Positions 58,663-64,000 of a stretch of 64,000 bases of DNA are shown one piece after another; within the stretch, counting starts at the first letter, position 1, and each line of letters starts with the position of its first letter. Both the position numbers and the translations under genes were made by a program. Under the pieces are notes generated by a model, which was not told the origin of the DNA, did no database searches, and saw only the letters and a program-made list of their open reading frames with translations. Origin of the DNA: a virus; the IMG/VR virus record IMGVR_UViG_3300030099_006646, positions 32,001 through 96,000 of that record; one strand, written 5' to 3'.

Positions 58663-61600
58663 ATGTCAGTTAAAAAGTATAAATTTGTTTCCCCCGGAGT
58701 TTTTGTCTCTGAAATCGACAACTCTCAAATAACAGAAGCACCAGCCGACCCAGGTCCAGTCCTCATTGGACGCGCACAAAGAGGTCCTGGTCTCCGCCCA
58801 GTACAAGTAGATTCTTTTTCCGAATTTATTAACATTTTTGGAAACCCTACAGCAGTAGGAACACAAACAGATGCATGGCGAGCAGGAGATAGCTCTGCTC
58901 CACTTTATGCTGTTTATGCAGCACAAGCTTGGCTAAGAAACAATAGCCCTATTACTTTTGTTCGTCTCCTTGGTGATGAGCACCCTAAAAAAACCTCTGG
59001 TGGCGAAGCTGGTTGGTATACTAGAGACACAGACGGTACCTTCAACGGAATGGCTCAGGACGGCGGTGGCGCATATGGTCTTTTCATTTTCCCCTCCGGT
59101 AATGTAGCTCACATCGCAGCAGTCCACGCCGATTCCCGTAATAATTATACTGGATCTCTTGCAGCTATTTTCTATTGTAACTCGGGATACATTGGTCTTT
59201 CCGGTTCTATTGCTGGTTTTGATCCCACCTCAACAGACGTAGCCCACAACACATCTAGTGCAGGTGCTCTTATTGCTAGCCTTTCTGGTGAAAAGGCATT
59301 TACCGCTGAAATTTTCAACTCTTCACAAGAAGTTGTTGATAAACTCACATTCTCTTTGGATAAAAACTCCGACAAGTACATTAGAAACGTTTTTAATACA
59401 TCTCCTTCTAAGTCTTGGACTCGCGTCACAGACAATAGCGTGACTTATTTCCTTGGAGAGACTTTTGAAAGACACTCTGCTGAAGCATTTAAGTCGAATG
59501 GAGTAAAGCAAGCCTCCTCGGTTGGAGCTTATGGAGCAATTGTTCCGCTGAAGCTTCAAAATTCTGCCACTTCAATTGAACAGGGAGACCACAGGAAAGC
59601 TTCTCAAGCCGCTCAAACAGGCTGGTTCTTTTCGCAGGACTTAAATACTATCAATGGTTCTACTCTTGCTGCTCCTGTCGCAAACAACTACAGCCCTCAA
59701 AAGCAGCAAAAGCTTTTCAAGATTCATGCTCTTGACACAGGCGCATGGGATACAAAGAACCTTAAGGTATCTATTTCAAGCGTAAGAGCCTCTTCTAATG
59801 ACTCTAATCCATATGGAACATTTACCGTTGAACTAAGAAGAATCGACGATTTAGACTCGGCAGTTCAGATTATTGAACAGTTCAATAACTGTAACTTAAA
59901 CCCCGACTCCCCTGATTATGTTGCAAAGAAAATCGGTGACAGATATCAAACGTGGGATACAACAAATAATCGGTACACTGAATATGGCGACTACGCCAAT
60001 CAATCTAGGTTCATTCGCGTAGAAATTAATCCCGATGTCAACAACAAGACAACTGATGAAAGACTACTGCCGTTTGGTGTATATGGACCACCTCGACATC
60101 AAACTATTCAGTTTACTAGTGGTTCTCACTTGACAGCTATTAACAGCTTCACGCAGGAAACGGTCGCATCTGCTCCACGAATGGCTTATCCTGCTTCTGG
60201 TGCTTCTTACCCAGGTGGTAGAAACGCTCTCAATAGAGACACTGGATTTCTTTATTTCCCACTCACCTGCACCAACGGCAGTTCGACATTATCTTACGCA
60301 TTTACTGCTTCGTTGGAATTCCCAAGAACTTACTTGAGAATTAGTAGCTCTGACGGAAGAGTTCAATCTCCTAAGAGTGCTTATTTCGGAGTAGATACAT
60401 CACTGGGTGCTGACGGGTTTAGTACTTATAACTTTGGTACTCAAGATGTATTACAACCTAAAGCAAAAGATATTGATGACTTCTCTGTTTCAAATAACGG
60501 TGCCACAGCTTACAGTTGGATCTTCTCTCTTGATGATATCTCTCGTCAGGGCGGCACAGGAACTGGCGGTGACATCACACCAGACGCCTTGTACGTTTCT
60601 GGCTCAAGAGCAGCAGGAAACTCTATTACAGCTATTTCTAGCTCATATACTTCTGTACTTGATGAAGGTTTCAACTCTTTCACAACCGTCCTACACGGCG
60701 GAAATGATGGTCTTGATATTTATGAAAAAGAGCCATTTAACAATACAGATGCTCTTAGTGGAGATGCAACAGAAACATCAAGCTATGCTTATTACAGTGT
60801 AAAGAAGGCTGTTGATTCTATCTCTGACGCAGAAGTTGTAGAGTATAACTTAGCAGCAATGCCCGGTATCACTAACACTGCTCTAAACGACTACTTGATC
60901 AGTGTCTGTGAAGACAGAGGCGACTCATTGGCAGTTATTGATATACCTAGCGCATATGTACCAGCGGTCGATGGAGGATCTGCGAACTCTTACGCAGCTC
61001 GACGTTATACAGCAAAAAATGCAATCGATGCACTCAAGACAAGAGGACTTAACTCAAGCTATGCTTGTACTTACTTCCCTTGGGTTCAAATGAGAGACAC
61101 GGTTAATGATAGAATTTTATGGGCACCACCTTCTATTGCAGCTTTGGGAACTTTCTCTAGCTCTGAAAGCGCAACAAGACTTTGGTTTGCTCCTGCTGGA
61201 TTCAATCGCGGCGGTCTTACAGAAGGCTCCGCTGGTATCCCTATCATTGGAGTAAGAGACAAGCTTACATCTAAACAAAGAGATGATCTTTACGAAGCGA
61301 ACATCAATCCTATTGCTTCTTTCCCAGCAGAAGGGATCGTTATTTTCGGTCAAAAGACACTTCAGGTGACTCGTTCTGCTCTTGATAGAATCAATGTTAG
61401 AAGGCTCATGATTTTCGTTAAAAAGCAAATCTCTAGAATTTCTAATGGTCTTCTTTTTGACCAGAACGTTCCTGCAACATGGGATCGTTTCTTAGCTCAG
61501 GTTGATCCTTTCTTAGAAGGTATTAAAACTGACTTTGGCTTGACTGATTTTAAAGTTGTACTTGATGAAACTACAACAACGCCAGATTTGATTGATAGAA

Positions 61601-61701
61601 ATATCATGTATGCTAAAATCTTCCTCAAGCCAGCCCGCGCCATCGAGTATATTGCGATTGACTTTAATATCACAAATACAGGCGCATCTTTTGAGGACTA
61701 A
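58663..61701 (+). CDS. Contractile tail sheath protein (gp18-like)
   Basis: FVSPGVFVSEID, WFAPAGFNRG, INPI, FGQKTL, DRINVRRL. Confidence 0.95.
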   Translation: MSVKKYKFVSPGVFVSEIDNSQITEAPADPGPVLIGRAQRGPGLRPVQVDSFSEFINIFGNPTAVGTQTDAWRAGDSSAPLYAVYAAQAWLRNNSPITFVRLLGDEHPKKTSGGEAGWYTRDTDGTFNGMAQDGGGAYGLFIFPSGNVAHIAAVHADSRNNYTGSLAAIFYCNSGYIGLSGSIAGFDPTSTDVAHNTSSAGALIASLSGEKAFTAEIFNSSQEVVDKLTFSLDKNSDKYIRNVFNTSPSKSWTRVTDNSVTYFLGETFERHSAEAFKSNGVKQASSVGAYGAIVPLKLQNSATSIEQGDHRKASQAAQTGWFFSQDLNTINGSTLAAPVANNYSPQKQQKLFKIHALDTGAWDTKNLKVSISSVRASSNDSNPYGTFTVELRRIDDLDSAVQIIEQFNNCNLNPDSPDYVAKKIGDRYQTWDTTNNRYTEYGDYANQSRFIRVEINPDVNNKTTDERLLPFGVYGPPRHQTIQFTSGSHLTAINSFTQETVASAPRMAYPASGASYPGGRNALNRDTGFLYFPLTCTNGSSTLSYAFTASLEFPRTYLRISSSDGRVQSPKSAYFGVDTSLGADGFSTYNFGTQDVLQPKAKDIDDFSVSNNGATAYSWIFSLDDISRQGGTGTGGDITPDALYVSGSRAAGNSITAISSSYTSVLDEGFNSFTTVLHGGNDGLDIYEKEPFNNTDALSGDATETSSYAYYSVKKAVDSISDAEVVEYNLAAMPGITNTALNDYLISVCEDRGDSLAVIDIPSAYVPAVDGGSANSYAARRYTAKNAIDALKTRGLNSSYACTYFPWVQMRDTVNDRILWAPPSIAALGTFSSSESATRLWFAPAGFNRGGLTEGSAGIPIIGVRDKLTSKQRDDLYEANINPIASFPAEGIVIFGQKTLQVTRSALDRINVRRLMIFVKKQISRISNGLLFDQNVPATWDRFLAQVDPFLEGIKTDFGLTDFKVVLDETTTTPDLIDRNIMYAKIFLKPARAIEYIAIDFNITNTGASFED

Positions 61702-61743
61702 AAAACACTTAATACCTATTTAATATAAAGGAGAAAACATAAC

Positions 61744-62337
61744 ATGGCAGCGAAAGGATTTTGGGGTGGACAAGGAGGAGCTATAGTTGATCCAAAAAGA
61801 TCATTTAGATGGCTCGTTTCTTTTGGAAACAACGTACAACAACAAAACGGTCAAAACGTAGTAGGATTGCAGGAATGGTATGCTAAATCCGCAAATAAGC
61901 CAAGCTTTGAAATTACGGAAACCCCACATAACTTTATTAATCATACCTTTTATTACCCTGGTCGTGTTCAATGGCAAACTATTGACATTACATTAGTTGA
62001 CCCTTCTTACCCAAATGATGCTTCTCAAGCTCTTGTTAAGGCTTTGCAAAACTCTGGTTATTACTTACCTACAGATGTTCGCTCTGCTTCTAATACAATC
62101 ATGAAGTCTAGTGCTGTCAGCGCTCTTGGTGGACAGGTTAAACTTAAGCAACTTGGACAAGATAACAGCGATATTTTAGAAACTTGGACCTTGATTAATC
62201 CTTGGATTAAGAATGTTACCTTCGGTGATTTAGCTTATGACACAGAAGACATGGTAGAAATTACTTTAACAGTTAGATATGATTATGCTACTATCGATGT
62301 TAAAGGAGACAAATCTCCTACTTCCAAACCACAATAG
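61744..62337 (+). CDS. Tail tube protein (gp19-like)
   Basis: DPKRSFRW, PGRVQWQTIDITLVDP, FGDLAYD, ITLTVRYDYA. Confidence 0.85.
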   Translation: MAAKGFWGGQGGAIVDPKRSFRWLVSFGNNVQQQNGQNVVGLQEWYAKSANKPSFEITETPHNFINHTFYYPGRVQWQTIDITLVDPSYPNDASQALVKALQNSGYYLPTDVRSASNTIMKSSAVSALGGQVKLKQLGQDNSDILETWTLINPWIKNVTFGDLAYDTEDMVEITLTVRYDYATIDVKGDKSPTSKPQ

Positions 62338-62345
62338 AGGTATAA

Positions 62346-63233
62346 ATGTCTAGAAATAATTCTGATCGTCTCGGGTTGGACGATAATACAACCCCTGACG
62401 GCGGCGCAGACGCCCCTGTAGCTGCCGTTGAAGGAGGATCACAAGGGTTATCCTTCTCTATGCCTACGGAACACGTAGAGCTGCCTTCAGGGGGGCGATA
62501 CTACTCTGAAAACCATCCTTTATACAATCAAGAAACGATTGAAATTAAATACATGACTGCAAAGGAAGAAGACATTCTAACTTCTCCTTCTCTTGTCAAA
62601 AAAGGACTTACAGTTGAAAGGCTTTTAAGAAGCATTATCATCGATAAAACAATCGATCCACAACATCTTCTTATCGGAGATAGAAATGCTATTATTATTG
62701 CATCCAGAGTTACTGGGTATGGTCCTGAATACAAGGCTCAAACTGTATGCCCTGCTTGCATGGCTCAAGACAAGTGGGAGGTTGATCTTTCTAACTTGAA
62801 TATCAATCCAGGTGGCGTTGCTTCCGCTAATGGATATGAAGTTGCTGAAGGAAAAAACGATGGCGAGTATGATATTATTGTACCCAAGACAAAAGTAACA
62901 GTAACTGTTAAGCTCTTGACAGGTCGCGACGAACTTTCTATTGCTCAAAGAACAAAGAAAAGAAAAAAACACACACAAGAAGAAACAAGCTTGGTAACAC
63001 AAATGAAGTCTATGATTGTAGCCGTTAACGGAAGCCGCAAGGAATCAGATATTGAAAGACTTATTGAATTTTTACCTGCTTTAGATTCTCGCTACATTCG
63101 TAATGCTTATTCAAATATCAATCCAAACTTGGACATGAAATATCCTTTTGAATGTCAAAACTGTGGACATGAGGACACACTGGAGGTCCCGCTGACTGCG
63201 GAGTTTTTTTGGCCTAAGGGAAGAACAAGCTGA
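62346..63233 (+). CDS. Tail assembly chaperone / baseplate hub (gp26-like)
   Basis: VELPSGG, MTAKEEDIL, GDRNAI, CPAC and CQNC, C-terminal EFFWP. Confidence 0.75.
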   Translation: MSRNNSDRLGLDDNTTPDGGADAPVAAVEGGSQGLSFSMPTEHVELPSGGRYYSENHPLYNQETIEIKYMTAKEEDILTSPSLVKKGLTVERLLRSIIIDKTIDPQHLLIGDRNAIIIASRVTGYGPEYKAQTVCPACMAQDKWEVDLSNLNINPGGVASANGYEVAEGKNDGEYDIIVPKTKVTVTVKLLTGRDELSIAQRTKKRKKHTQEETSLVTQMKSMIVAVNGSRKESDIERLIEFLPALDSRYIRNAYSNINPNLDMKYPFECQNCGHEDTLEVPLTAEFFWPKGRTS

Positions 63234-63399
63234 ACTGGTGTATGAAGAGATTTTTAATCTTAAATACCACGGAGGGTGGAGCTTTATCGAGGCATACAAC
63301 CTTCCTGTAGTTCTAAGAAAATGGTTCTTGGCTCGCCTTAACAAACAATTCCTCAAAGAAAAAGAAGATATTGAAAAGGCTAGAAAAAAGAATAGATAA
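63211..63399 (+). CDS. gp51-like tail assembly chaperone extension, likely reached by frameshift
   Basis: GLREEQAELVYEEIFNLKYHGGWSFIEAYNLPVVLRKWFLARLNKQFLKEKEDIEKARKKNR in the +1 frame after a T7 run. Confidence 0.7.
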   Translation, partial: GLREEQAELVYEEIFNLKYHGGWSFIEAYNLPVVLRKWFLARLNKQFLKEKEDIEKARKKNR

Positions 63400-63406
63400 A
63401 TCTATA

Positions 63407-63440
63407 AATGCTCTCTTGTTTTCAAGAGAGCATTATTTTT
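63407..63440 (+). terminator. Intrinsic terminator
   Basis: AATGCTCTCTTG-TTTT-CAAGAGAGCATT followed by ATTTTT. Confidence 0.8.
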
Positions 63441-63481
63441 ATTAAAACACTAATTACTAATAATCATAGGGATTCCATATC

Positions 63482-63817
63482 ATGAAAGAAGAAAATGAAC
63501 TTGCAACACAAATCATTGATCTAGGAGCCAAGCGCAAAGGCGAGCTTAACGAAACAATCCTTGCAGCTTTTGGTGAATGGATAAAGACTATCATGAAATG
63601 GACATTTGGAGAAAATGTATTCTTTCCTTCCAAAGTAAGAGGAACTCAGTCTGAGGTTAATTCCTTTATGAGCGCTTTGAAAAATGAAAGAAGGTATATG
63701 AATGCATACAAGAATCATGGTCTTGGAGACAAGAGAACCTATGATAGCAAATACAAGCTAGACGCTGCCGTAAAGAAGTTTGAGCAAACAACAGGTTTAA
63801 AGTGGCCGTTTAAATAA
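63482..63817 (+). CDS. Hypothetical protein
   Basis: 111-aa ORF after an ACTAATTA motif. Confidence 0.6.
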   Translation: MKEENELATQIIDLGAKRKGELNETILAAFGEWIKTIMKWTFGENVFFPSKVRGTQSEVNSFMSALKNERRYMNAYKNHGLGDKRTYDSKYKLDAAVKKFEQTTGLKWPFK

Positions 63818-63828
63818 GGAGAGTTTAA

Positions 63829-64000
63829 ATGGCTGAAGAAACAGATGTAGAAAGTGTGGTCCAGAGAGTCGCTGCTCTTCAAAAAGAAAAAGCTTTGCTG
63901 GATACCATTAGAGATGCTTATAACGATATAGCTGGCAAGAAGTCAGAAATAACAGAAGCACAGCGAAACGATTTAGACAAGCTTCAAGAAGAGTATGATG
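63829..64000 (+). CDS. Probable tape measure protein N-terminus (runs off the window)
   Basis: TAAGGAG SD; helical MAEETDVESVVQRVAALQKEK...; position after the chaperone genes. Confidence 0.45.
   Translation, partial: MAEETDVESVVQRVAALQKEKALLDTIRDAYNDIAGKKSEITEAQRNDLDKLQEEYD

Noticed and set aside
1489-63718. Numerous minus-strand ORFs (60-225 aa) in the ORF track
   Set aside because: All are antisense to well-supported + strand genes, with Ser/Phe/Leu-rich shadow composition and no recognisable motifs.
1-64000. Global stop-codon reassignment (code 4/15/25)
   Set aside because: Coding density is high in code 11. TGA ends the portal, protease and other genes in ATGA overlaps, and TAG ends terminase, neck and tube genes.

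Overview
64 kb of an AT-rich, T4-like jumbo myophage genome. All credible genes are on the + strand and use the standard code. Gene order: a giant virion-associated ORF truncated at the window start; baseplate wedge module (gp25-, gp6-, gp7/gpI-like) with large LamG/MAM-bearing proteins; RuvC, primase, a tandem LamG pair and an SbcD-SbcC fusion; a holin/spanin-like cassette; terminase, portal, prohead protease and ribosomal protein bS21; two S74-chaperone fibre proteins; scaffold, major capsid, neck, sheath, tube, tail-assembly chaperone; and the probable start of the tape measure gene. Main findings: (1) a strongly enriched [S/T]-G-S tripeptide in a subset of probably exposed virion proteins, a candidate virion-wide modification sequon; (2) an unannotated Cys-Cys leader peptide whose stop codon lies in a terminator loop upstream of the protease-bS21 operon; (3) a +1/-2 frameshift site joining gp26-like and gp51-like chaperone ORFs; (4) a possible UGA read-through; (5) a recurrent ACTATTTA promoter-like motif; (6) a P2-gpH-like anchor domain apparently split across paralogous genes. 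Family assignments are from motif recognition and synteny by eye; no searches were run.
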